Positions 55,952 to 64,000 of a stretch of 64,000 bases of DNA are shown piece after piece (positions within the stretch are counted from its first letter, which is position 1; each line of letters starts with the position of its first letter). The notes below the pieces were generated by a model, which did no database searches, was not told where the DNA came from, and saw nothing but the letters and a program-made list of their open reading frames with translations. The stretch comes from Myxococcota bacterium. GTDB lineage: Bacteria > Myxococcota_A > UBA9160 > UBA6930. A program made the translations under genes and the position numbers. The stretch is taken from NCBI GenBank assembly GCA_965223705.1, contig OZ245015.1:2944001-3008000 (forward strand), read 5' to 3'.

Positions 55952-57577
55952 ATGCTGATCAAGCGGGGATCGACCTACGAGGATGTCTACAACGCCTTTG
56001 AGTGGGACATTCCGCAGAAATACAACATCGCGAACGATGTCTGCGATCGATGGGCAGGGGACGAAGGCCGGATCGCCCTGGTCTACGAAGACGAGAACAA
56101 AAAGGTCGAGCGTTTTACGTACGGTCAGATCCAGCGCTACGCGAATCAGTTGGCGAACACCCTGACCGGTCTCGGCCTCGAGCGACAGGACCGGGTCACG
56201 CTGCTGCTCGCGCAGGATCCGGAAGCGGCCATCGCGCACGTCGCTTGCTGGAAAGCCGGAATGGTTTCCTGTCCGACGTCGGTGCTTTTCGGCGGCGACG
56301 CGATCACGTACCGCTTGAACGATAGCGGCGCGCGCGTCCTCATTACCGATGCTGCGAACTACGACAAGGTGAACGAGGTTCGCGGCGAGTGCCCGACCCT
56401 CGAACACGTGTTCGTTGTCGACGGCAGCCCCGAAGGTGCCAGCAATTTTTGGGACACGATTGCCACCGCGAGCGACGCGTTCACCAACGTCGAGACCGAC
56501 GCCGAAGAGCGCGCGTGGATCAGCTACACGTCCGGCACGACGGGCCTACCCAAAGGTTCGGTGCAGCCGCACCGCATGATGCTCGGCCACATGCCGGGCC
56601 TCGAGTTCGCTTTTGACTTCTTTCCTCAGCCGAACGACGTCATCTGGTCGCCCGCCGACTGGGCGTGGATGGCGGGCTTGATGGACATCATCATGCCGGG
56701 CTGGTTTCACGGCATCACCGTCGTCGCTTCCGCCATGAAGGGATTCGATACCGAAGAGGCGTATCGCGTCTTGTCCGAGCACCGCGTCAGCATCGCGCTG
56801 CTCACGCCGACGATGCTCAAGATGATGCGCCAAGTGCCGGACCCCAAGAAGCGCTTCGATCTCAAGCTGCGCGCGGTGATGTCCGGCGGCGAAGCCGTCG
56901 GCACAGAGCTCCTCGACTGGGCCAAGCGCGAGCTCGACCTCAACATCAACGAGGTCTTCGGGCAGACCGAATGCAACATGGTGCTCGGGAACAACGGCAA
57001 GCTGATGGAGACGAAGCCGGGTTCGCTGGGCAAGTCCCTTCCCGGCCACCACTGCGCCATCGTGGATGACGACGGTCGAGAAGTCGCGCCAGGTACTCCC
57101 GGGCACATCGCGGTCAAACGCCCCGATCCCGTCATGCTCCTCGAGTACCTGAACCGCCCCGATGCCACGGAAGAGAAGTTCATCGGCGATTGGCTCATCA
57201 CCGGTGACACCGGAACCATGGACGAAGACGGCTACTTCTGGTTCGGCGGTCGCGCTGACGACGTCATCACGAGCTCGGGCTACCGGATCGGCCCGGGAGA
57301 AATCGAAGACGCCCTTCTCAAGCACGAAGCGGTGCAGATGGTCGCCGTCATCGGCGTGCCCGACCCGGTTCGCACCGAAGTTATCAAGGCGTTCGTAATT
57401 CCCGCCCCAGGTGTGACGCCGAGCGAGGAACTCGTCGAAGAGCTCCGCAACGACGTGCGAGGTCGTTTGGCCAAGCACGAAGTGCCGCGCTTTATCGAGT
57501 TCGTGGATGCGTTGCCGATGACGACCACCGGGAAGATCATGCGGCGCGAACTCCGCGACAGAGAGACCAAAGCCTGA
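55952..57577 (+). CDS. Acyl-CoA synthetase (AMP-binding, acetate/medium-chain type)
   Basis: YTSGTTGLPKG, FGQTE, TGD, GRADDVITSSGYRIGPGEIE, TTTGKI. Confidence 0.92.
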   Translation: MLIKRGSTYEDVYNAFEWDIPQKYNIANDVCDRWAGDEGRIALVYEDENKKVERFTYGQIQRYANQLANTLTGLGLERQDRVTLLLAQDPEAAIAHVACWKAGMVSCPTSVLFGGDAITYRLNDSGARVLITDAANYDKVNEVRGECPTLEHVFVVDGSPEGASNFWDTIATASDAFTNVETDAEERAWISYTSGTTGLPKGSVQPHRMMLGHMPGLEFAFDFFPQPNDVIWSPADWAWMAGLMDIIMPGWFHGITVVASAMKGFDTEEAYRVLSEHRVSIALLTPTMLKMMRQVPDPKKRFDLKLRAVMSGGEAVGTELLDWAKRELDLNINEVFGQTECNMVLGNNGKLMETKPGSLGKSLPGHHCAIVDDDGREVAPGTPGHIAVKRPDPVMLLEYLNRPDATEEKFIGDWLITGDTGTMDEDGYFWFGGRADDVITSSGYRIGPGEIEDALLKHEAVQMVAVIGVPDPVRTEVIKAFVIPAPGVTPSEELVEELRNDVRGRLAKHEVPRFIEFVDALPMTTTGKIMRRELRDRETKA

Positions 57578-57578
57578 C

Positions 57579-58676
57579 TCAGGTCACCACGACGAGGCAA
57601 TCGCGCCCCTTCTCTTTCGCGCGGTAGAGGGCGCGGTCCGCGCGCTCGATCCACGCGGAGGCCTCCTCGCCCGCGCGTTGCGGCGCGGCGCCGATCGAGA
57701 TCCCGACACGGATCTCCTCGCCGTCGTGTCGAATCGCAGCATCCCGCGCGGCGAACAGCATGCGGTCTCCGATCGCCCGGGCCGCCTGGGGGTTCGCATC
57801 GAGCACGACCGCCGCGAATTCGTCGCCGCCGAAGCGCGCCAAGAAATCGGCTTTGCGACGGAACGTGTTGGTCAGTCGCCGAGCGACCTCCGCCAAGACG
57901 GCGTCTCCAGCCTGATGGCCGTACCGGTCGTTGACCCATTTGAAGTGATCGACATCGATCATGAAGAGGAACGCACTGGGCGGCGCGATGCTCCCGAGTT
58001 TTACGATGAGCGACATTTGCTCGTCGAATCCCGCGCGGTTGTAAACGCCGGTCAAGGCGTCCGTCGACATCTGCTCGCGTGCGGCGGCGAGCTCGTTCGA
58101 GACCTTGTCGACCCGGTCGGAGAGCGCGAGTAGCCGCTTCTTTTCCCGTTCGCGACGCTCCGCGCTGGCCTCTTCCAAGCGCCCGACGCAAGCTCGAACT
58201 TCCTCTCGGAGCTTGTCCGTGTCGGGCTCGTCCGCGGCGGTGCGAAGGCGGTCGAGCTCGGACGCGAGTCCCGCCTCATCTTCTTCCCCGTCGAGGCACG
58301 CGCGATGAAAGCTCTCGATAAACACCCGGAGCGCTTCGCGGAGGTCGGCCAGACCTCGCGTCACTTCGGATGTCTCTCGGTCTCGCGATTCTCGGAGCAT
58401 GACGATGAGGCGAGCCCATTCCCGCGGACGCGACGGATCGGCCTCGGTCGCGAGCTCCTCGGGCAACTCGTCGGCCTGTGGCGGCTCGGTCCCGAGCACG
58501 ATGTGCCGGGCCCAGGCCTCGAACAGCATCTGCCACGCGACCGGGTCGAGCTCTCCGATGGGAACGCAACGCCCCCCCCACTGCCGCAACGCTTCGGCCA
58601 GGGCGTCGCTGGGGCCGTCGACCTGCGGCTGCTCTGCGTCCTGTTGCCGGCGTCGTTTGCCGCGAAGGAAACTCAC
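57579..58676 (-). CDS. Diguanylate cyclase (GGDEF) with N-terminal coiled coil
   Basis: TDALTG..NR, DVDHFK.VND.YGH..GD, RKAD I-site, RFGGDEF, ADRALYRAK. Confidence 0.92.
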   Translation of the reverse strand: MSFLRGKRRRQQDAEQPQVDGPSDALAEALRQWGGRCVPIGELDPVAWQMLFEAWARHIVLGTEPPQADELPEELATEADPSRPREWARLIVMLRESRDRETSEVTRGLADLREALRVFIESFHRACLDGEEDEAGLASELDRLRTAADEPDTDKLREEVRACVGRLEEASAERREREKKRLLALSDRVDKVSNELAAAREQMSTDALTGVYNRAGFDEQMSLIVKLGSIAPPSAFLFMIDVDHFKWVNDRYGHQAGDAVLAEVARRLTNTFRRKADFLARFGGDEFAAVVLDANPQAARAIGDRMLFAARDAAIRHDGEEIRVGISIGAAPQRAGEEASAWIERADRALYRAKEKGRDCLVVVT

Positions 58677-58683
58677 GGAGAAC

Positions 58684-59988
58684 CTACTGGCCTAACTGCA
58701 CCACGTTCGCGAGCAATTCGTTCGCGACCGAAACCGTGCGCGAGTTTGCTTGGAACGCCCGCTGGTTGATGATCAGTCGAATGAACTGCGCCGACAGATC
58801 GACGTTGGATTGTTCGAGCGTTTCGGAACGGATCGTGCCGAACCTGCCCGTCAACGCCGAGCCGATCAGCGGCTGGCCGGATTGCCTCGACTCGATGAAG
58901 TTGTTGCTGCCGGTCGCCGTCAGCCCTTCGGTGTTCGGAAAAATCGCGAGCGCGAGTTGCGCGAGTGGTCGGGACTCTCCGTTCGAGAATTGGCCGACGA
59001 GCAATCCGTCGAGGCCCACCGCGACGTTCTGCAGAGAGCCCGATGCGAAGCCGTCCTGTCGCGCTCCGTTGATCGTCGAAGTCCGGTCGGCGTACTGCGT
59101 CGTGAATTCGCCGTTGCCGATTCCGCCGAGCCCACCGAAATCGAGTTCCACCGACTGACTCGGCGTCGCACCTCCCGAGAACTCGAACGTCACAGGGCTG
59201 CCCGTCACGCCCTGGAGGATTCCGGCCGTGTCAAACGTCAAGGTGCCGGATCCTTGTACCACGACAGGATCGCCGGCGGTCGCCGGAGCCGTGGTGGTGT
59301 CGGCGGGCGGCACCGTGAGATTCCAATCCCATCCGCCGGGCCCGGTCTGCGTGAAGTACAGGGTGGCCGGATGGCTGTTACCGAGTGAATCGAACACGGT
59401 CACAACGGCTTGGAAATGCGAAGAGGAAGCGGGATCCGAGGGATCGAAGGGACCCACCAAAGGCTCCTCGACGAGCGCGTTGGAGTTGAGGTTGAGCGAC
59501 AGCTCCATCCCGGTTGTTGCCCGGGGATCGAGATTGGACGTCGCCAGTGCGATGTCACCCAAACCACCCGTCGGCTGTAGGGTCGTCGAATCGATTCCGA
59601 ACCCCTGCACACGCTCCAGCAGTGGCGTCGTCAGAAACCCCCGATCATCGAAATTGAAATTCCCTACCCGGGTGTAGCTGCGGCCTGTCGCGCTCTCGAC
59701 GACGAAGAAACCGTTGCCCTCGATCGCGAGATCGGTGGTTCGACCGGTCGTCTCGAACGTTCCCTGGGAAAAGATCTGGGTCACGGACGAGACCTTTGCA
59801 CCGGCGCCGGTTTGCGAGAACCCGCCGGCGAGATTCAAGGACTGACCCAACGCGTCTGCGAAGATGGCGCGGCGTCCCTTGAAGCCCGGGGTGTTCGAGT
59901 TGGCGATGTTGTCACCGATGATCGAAATCGCGGTCGACGACGTGTCGAGCCCGGTGACGCTGGCAAAGAGTGCGTTGGAAAGTGACAT
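58684..59988 (-). CDS. flgE: Flagellar hook protein FlgE
   Basis: IGDNIANSNTPGFK, DLAIEGNGFF, YTRVGNF, FDSLG, LEQSNVDL, QRAFQANS. SD AGAGGA before ATG 59988. Confidence 0.95.
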   Translation of the reverse strand: MSLSNALFASVTGLDTSSTAISIIGDNIANSNTPGFKGRRAIFADALGQSLNLAGGFSQTGAGAKVSSVTQIFSQGTFETTGRTTDLAIEGNGFFVVESATGRSYTRVGNFNFDDRGFLTTPLLERVQGFGIDSTTLQPTGGLGDIALATSNLDPRATTGMELSLNLNSNALVEEPLVGPFDPSDPASSSHFQAVVTVFDSLGNSHPATLYFTQTGPGGWDWNLTVPPADTTTAPATAGDPVVVQGSGTLTFDTAGILQGVTGSPVTFEFSGGATPSQSVELDFGGLGGIGNGEFTTQYADRTSTINGARQDGFASGSLQNVAVGLDGLLVGQFSNGESRPLAQLALAIFPNTEGLTATGSNNFIESRQSGQPLIGSALTGRFGTIRSETLEQSNVDLSAQFIRLIINQRAFQANSRTVSVANELLANVVQLGQ

Positions 59989-59999
59989 GGTGTCCTCTG

Positions 60000-60200
60000 C
60001 TAGTTCCGCGCGAGGGCGCGTGAAGCGTTCTGAACGTTGTGAGGGTCCGATTCGTAAGAGAGCGATCGCTCGATGCCCGCGAGACTCAGGGTGACCCGGG
60101 GCTCCTCCCGGAGCATGCGTCGAAGTACGCTTGCGAAGCTCTCTTCGCTCCGCGGCGTTCCGAGGCGGAGCCGTCCTAGCCACGAAAACAAAAAGCGCAT
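60000..60200 (-). CDS. Small hypothetical protein between flgD and flgE
   Basis: ATG overlaps the flgD stop (TAATG) and the ORF ends 11 bp before flgE. 66 aa. Confidence 0.4.
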   Translation of the reverse strand: MRFLFSWLGRLRLGTPRSEESFASVLRRMLREEPRVTLSLAGIERSLSYESDPHNVQNASRALARN

Positions 60201-60856
60201 TACCGAGATTCCTCCCGGGACTGGATCGAGCGAATGTCCGACAGCGGGACTCCGAGGTCACCGAGCTGCACGGTCACGTTCCCGCCCTCACTCGAGACCG
60301 CGGTCACACGGCCTCGGACCAGAGGCGTTGTCGCAACGGCCTCGTTGGCGGCCTGGGCCGAGATCTCGACGAAGTACGTTCCAGAGGGCACCGGTGAATC
60401 ATCCGGCCACTCGATCGTCGTCACGCCAGGCGGTAGCGCCCCGAGTGCCGCGCGACCGACCACGGCGCCAGCGGAGCTACGCAACTCGACCGTCACGTTG
60501 TCGGCCGACTGCGCGAGCTCCACCGCGAGTCGGGGTCGCTCGCCCTCCGAGACATCGACCGCCGGGGACTCCGCGAGCACTTCGCGGTCAATCAGCGCAG
60601 CGGCCTCGAGCGTGGCATTGCGTTCCGTCGGGTTCGCGAGCCGATCGATGGATTCGCGCATGGCGACAAGCTGTTCGAGACTCGTGAATTGTGCGAGCTG
60701 AGCGGTGAATTCCGTGCCGTCTTGCGGGTCGAGAGGATCTTGATTCTCGAGCTGCGCGATCAGCATCCGCAAAAAATCCTGTTGGCCGATCGTTTCTTGA
60801 CGACTGCTCTCCTGCGGTTCGTCTACCGACGACGCGGCGACAATTTCTTCGATCAC
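60200..60856 (-). CDS. flgD: Flagellar hook capping protein FlgD
   Basis: DFLRMLIAQLENQDPLDP, FTAQLAQFTSLEQ. SD AGGAGG, GTG start. Confidence 0.95.
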   Translation of the reverse strand: MIEEIVAASSVDEPQESSRQETIGQQDFLRMLIAQLENQDPLDPQDGTEFTAQLAQFTSLEQLVAMRESIDRLANPTERNATLEAAALIDREVLAESPAVDVSEGERPRLAVELAQSADNVTVELRSSAGAVVGRAALGALPPGVTTIEWPDDSPVPSGTYFVEISAQAANEAVATTPLVRGRVTAVSSEGGNVTVQLGDLGVPLSDIRSIQSREESR

Positions 60857-60865
60857 AGCGACCTC

Positions 60866-62131
60866 CTAAATCCGGATATCTACGGCGCCCCGAGATGGCG
60901 CGCGCTCGTCGATTTGTCCTGCCCGCCGGTTCATCGGAACATCCGCCGGGCGCGCTTCCCCAAACGCCCTCGGCAATCGAGAGCGACTTTCCGCGTCGTG
61001 CTGTCCACGGTCAGATCCCGGCCGGTCGCCCGACGCGTCGTTCCAACCGCGGGAGTCTCCGTCGCGCGCCGCGGGAGATTCGTCGGCGCCGCCTCGCGTG
61101 ATCTGCACGTGGGCCGGACGCAAGTCTCGACCCGCGAGTCCTTCGAGGAGGAGTTCCTTGCCTTCGGTCAGAGCCACGAGCGCACGGGAGTCGTGGGCGC
61201 GGATGGTGATCTCGACGTCTTGATTGCGCACGCGGACAGCGAGCTCGATCTCACCCAGTTCGGGCGGGTGCAAACGCACGCGTGCCTGCCCTCCCCCGCG
61301 GCTCGCCAGCCATGAAACATCCTGCACGATCCGGGAGGCCCCTTCGGGCGGAAGCAGCGGAGCGGGATTTCGCGCACTTGACACCGACTCGAGTGGCAGC
61401 GTCTGCGAGAGCGGGGCCACCGGGGACCGCTCCGGGGTCCAGGAACGCTCGACGGGTGTCAGCGGTGCGGGCGCTCCCTCTCGCTTCTCGGACAGATGCA
61501 GCGCGGGGCTCTCGGGCTCCTCTCGCAGGGGCGGTGCCTCGACCGCGGTGCGTCGCACCGACTGTGTGGAGGTCGGAAGTTCCATCGCAAGCTCCGGGCG
61601 GCTGCGCTCGACGCGTCGTTCCGGGGCCGGGGACCGCGAGGGCTCGAGCCGGAGCGTTTCGAGAGAGATCGGCGGCGGAAGCTCTCGGCCTTCGACGGCA
61701 GGCAGGGTGCGAGCCGGAGCCGGCTCCGCCGGTAGATCGTTCTTTTGCGGGACCTCCGGGTTCGGCGGAACCGTTGTCGCGCGGGGCTCCGCCGGCGTCG
61801 GCGAAACCGTTGCGACCTGCGAGCGCGGTTCGGGCGCCGCGACCTCGGTGCCCGCGCCCGCCGGAATGTCCCGCGCCGGAAGTTGCGGCGGGAGAGACGG
61901 TTCGGGCGATCGACCAACCGAGCTACCGTCGGATGAGGCGGGGCGGGCTTCACCGACCGTCGCCGTGTCGCCGGGAAGTCCGCCCCGAGGCTCGGTCGGA
62001 ACGGCGCTGGCTTGCAGCAGCGCAGCCGCGAACTCGGCAACGGTTTCAGCGGTCGCCTCTTCTGTAGGAAGCGCCGCTTCGCGCGCTTCGACCAGCGTGT
62101 CGAATACCTGCTGTAGATATCCCGCAATCAC
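60866..62131 (-). CDS. fliK: Flagellar hook-length control protein FliK
   Basis: Long Pro-rich region plus C-terminal ARVRLHPPELGEI domain. GTGA overlap with the upstream gene. Syntenic before flgD. Confidence 0.82.
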   Translation of the reverse strand: MIAGYLQQVFDTLVEAREAALPTEEATAETVAEFAAALLQASAVPTEPRGGLPGDTATVGEARPASSDGSSVGRSPEPSLPPQLPARDIPAGAGTEVAAPEPRSQVATVSPTPAEPRATTVPPNPEVPQKNDLPAEPAPARTLPAVEGRELPPPISLETLRLEPSRSPAPERRVERSRPELAMELPTSTQSVRRTAVEAPPLREEPESPALHLSEKREGAPAPLTPVERSWTPERSPVAPLSQTLPLESVSSARNPAPLLPPEGASRIVQDVSWLASRGGGQARVRLHPPELGEIELAVRVRNQDVEITIRAHDSRALVALTEGKELLLEGLAGRDLRPAHVQITRGGADESPAARDGDSRGWNDASGDRPGSDRGQHDAESRSRLPRAFGEARPADVPMNRRAGQIDERAPSRGAVDIRI

Positions 62132-63069
62132 GGCAGCGTCTCCGGAACGTTCGGCGGATCGGTACTCAGCGGATGGGCGACGTGTCGAGTGACCGCGAGC
62201 GCGCGAATCGGATCGAGCAGTGCGAGCACACTCGCGGATTCCTTGTGTTTCATTTTCGCGAGAATCTGAGTCGCCAGGCGCAACTCCAGTTCCTCGATCA
62301 GCGACGCCGCGCGAGGGGCAGGCATCGCCGCGTAGATCTTCGACAGTCTGCGCACGGCGTCGCCGTTTGCCTCTTCCCAGGCGGCGATGCGACGCGATAG
62401 CGTCGCCGCGATCTCGCGGATCTCCTGAATGCGTTCCCGGGACGCGGCCTCGAGCTCGTCCACCGCGGCTTCTCGCTCTTCGAGTTCGCGCTCCCGGCGG
62501 TCGAGTTCGGCGTTTCGAGAACGAACTTCCTCGAGAAGCGCCACCACGCCCAGGTCCGTCGCGGGTTCCGCCACCGCTTCGTCGGCCGCTCGGGTCGGAT
62601 GCGCGAGGGCGGCCACGCAGATCAGCGCGAAACCCCACCGCCGGCCGCGTTGCCCGATCTCGTCGAGGGTCCTCTGCAGTTGCCGTTGGCTTTTCTTCCG
62701 GTGCTCGCGCCGCGCCCGCTCGGCGAGCTTCTCCAGCACTCGGAGCTTGAGACGGCTCAGCTGCCTTCGTTCGTCGGCTTCCGCGAGCGCAGCCTGGCGC
62801 TGTCCGACCTCGTCCGCTCCCCGCGCAACGGCACGCGCACCGGACTCGAGCATGCGGCCGTGGTTGAGAACCCGTGCACCGCTTTCACCGTTTGCGAGCT
62901 GCTCGGCGAACGCGGCACTGCGTTCATGGATTGCGAGACGATCCTCGGTCATCTGTTGGCTGGCCCTGTCCCGGGCGCTCCGCGCTTTCGCGAACGCCAC
63001 TTCGTCCTTCTTCGCGTCGGTCTCCCGGAGTTTCAGAACGCGCTCGAATCGGAAACGCAGCCGCTTCAT
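62128..63069 (-). CDS. fliJ: FliJ fused to a MotE/YlxF-like domain
   Basis: N-terminal FRFERVLKLRE...LEKL...Q..LDE (FliJ), then a hydrophobic segment, coiled coil and LSKIYAAMPAPRAA.LI...ILAKM...SVLALLDP (MotE/YlxF-like). Confidence 0.75.
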   Translation of the reverse strand: MKRLRFRFERVLKLRETDAKKDEVAFAKARSARDRASQQMTEDRLAIHERSAAFAEQLANGESGARVLNHGRMLESGARAVARGADEVGQRQAALAEADERRQLSRLKLRVLEKLAERARREHRKKSQRQLQRTLDEIGQRGRRWGFALICVAALAHPTRAADEAVAEPATDLGVVALLEEVRSRNAELDRRERELEEREAAVDELEAASRERIQEIREIAATLSRRIAAWEEANGDAVRRLSKIYAAMPAPRAASLIEELELRLATQILAKMKHKESASVLALLDPIRALAVTRHVAHPLSTDPPNVPETLP

Positions 63070-64000
63070 GAGACGCCTCCGGCGAGGAGCGCTTGTAGAC
63101 GCGCAAAACTTTCGTCGAGATCGCTCGCGTCGTCTTTGGCCTGGCGCATGAACATCTGCAGCGACGGCTCGAGGGCTCGCGCTCGATCGACCTCGGCATT
63201 CGAGCCCGACACGTAGGCACCGATGGAAATCAGATCTCGCGCTTCGCGAAGCGCGGCGATCAAACCGCGCGCGGCGCGAGCGTGTTCGCGTTGCGGAGCC
63301 GCAACGACATCATCCATCACACGCGACACGCTCCCGAGCACATCGACAGGCGGATACTGCCCCTGCTCCGCGAGCTCACGCGAAAGGACGATGTGACCGT
63401 CGAGCGCGGCTCTCGCGGCATCGGCGACCGGTTCGTCCATGTCGTCGCCTTCGACGAGTACGGTGAAGATTCCGGTCACGGTGCCGCGCGATGCGGAAGT
63501 TCCGGCACGTTCGACGAGGCGCGGCAGTTCTGCCCATACCGACGGCGGATAACCGCGGGTGGCGGGCGGCTCCCCTGCGCTGAGCCCCAGCTCGCGCTGC
63601 GCCGTGCAAAAGCGCGTCAAGGAATCCATCAACAAGAGGACGTGGCGACCTTCTCGGCGGAGGTCCGCGGCGATCTCCGTCGCCAGGTACGCGGCGCGCC
63701 GCCGCAAACCCGCCGGTTCGTCGCTCGTCGCGACCACGACGATCGATCGCGCGCGCGCCTCTCCGAGGGCGTCTTCGATAAAATCCCGCACTTCGCGGCT
63801 TCGCTCGCCGATCAAACCGACGACCACCGCGTCCGCCTTGGCGGCGCGCGCCATCTGGCCCAGCAGCGTCGACTTGCCGACCCCCGAGCCGGCGAAGAGA
63901 CCCACCCGCATTCCCCGCCCCAGCGTGGCAAAGGCGTTGATGGAACGGACGCCGATATCGAGCGGTGTATCGATTCGCTGTCGCGTCAGAACGTCCGTGT
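63066..64000 (-). CDS. fliI: Flagellum-specific ATPase FliI (5'-truncated by window edge)
   Basis: GVRSINAF, GLFAGSGVGKS (Walker A), IGERSREV, LLMDSLTR, GEPPATRGYPPS, LDGHIVLSR. Confidence 0.95.
   Translation of the reverse strand, partial: TDVLTRQRIDTPLDIGVRSINAFATLGRGMRVGLFAGSGVGKSTLLGQMARAAKADAVVVGLIGERSREVRDFIEDALGEARARSIVVVATSDEPAGLRRRAAYLATEIAADLRREGRHVLLLMDSLTRFCTAQRELGLSAGEPPATRGYPPSVWAELPRLVERAGTSASRGTVTGIFTVLVEGDDMDEPVADAARAALDGHIVLSRELAEQGQYPPVDVLGSVSRVMDDVVAAPQREHARAARGLIAALREARDLISIGAYVSGSNAEVDRARALEPSLQMFMRQAKDDASDLDESFARLQALLAGGVS

Noticed and set aside
62132..62638. Upstream extension of the FliK ORF (590 aa in the track), and similar extensions of FlgE, NthA, the amidase and the rSAM protein
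   Set aside because: The extensions overlap neighbouring genes in other frames and are low-complexity. Downstream starts with SD or stop/start coupling fit better.

Overview
A GC-rich, gene-dense 64 kb segment from a flagellated, LPS-producing (diderm) bacterium. The gene content is reminiscent of uncultivated Myxococcota/deltaproteobacteria-like lineages, but taxonomy cannot be fixed from this window. I found about 59 protein-coding genes and no rRNA, tRNA, CRISPR array or mobile element. (i) 1-26.4 kb is a long catabolic region with no recognisable regulator: luciferase-like monooxygenases, class III CoA-transferases, crotonases, LvaAB-like kinases, a Co-type nitrile hydratase with amidase and a displaced activator, PxpA, a hydantoinase/oxoprolinase pair whose B subunit carries a fused acetone-carboxylase-gamma-like Zn domain, amidohydrolases and a ureidoglycolate-lyase-like protein. 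(ii) 26.4-33.1 kb holds an oxidoreductase-radical SAM-WaaF operon and acoABC. (iii) 33-44 kb holds lipid-handling genes, including a LolA-like protein and an MMPL transporter fused to a cNMP-binding domain, plus a low-GC secreted beta-helix-like protein. (iv) 44.4-52 kb holds arsM-arsS (arsenosugar-type) head-to-head with a patatin / eukaryote-like alkyl-DHAP synthase / fatty acyl-CoA reductase-(pseudo)acyltransferase operon, a compact peroxisome-style ether-lipid module and the strongest novelty candidate. (v) 57.6-64 kb is part of a flagellar operon: fliI, a fliJ-motE-like fusion, fliK, flgD, a small ORF, flgE and a GGDEF protein. All calls come from motif recognition by eye; no database searches were run.
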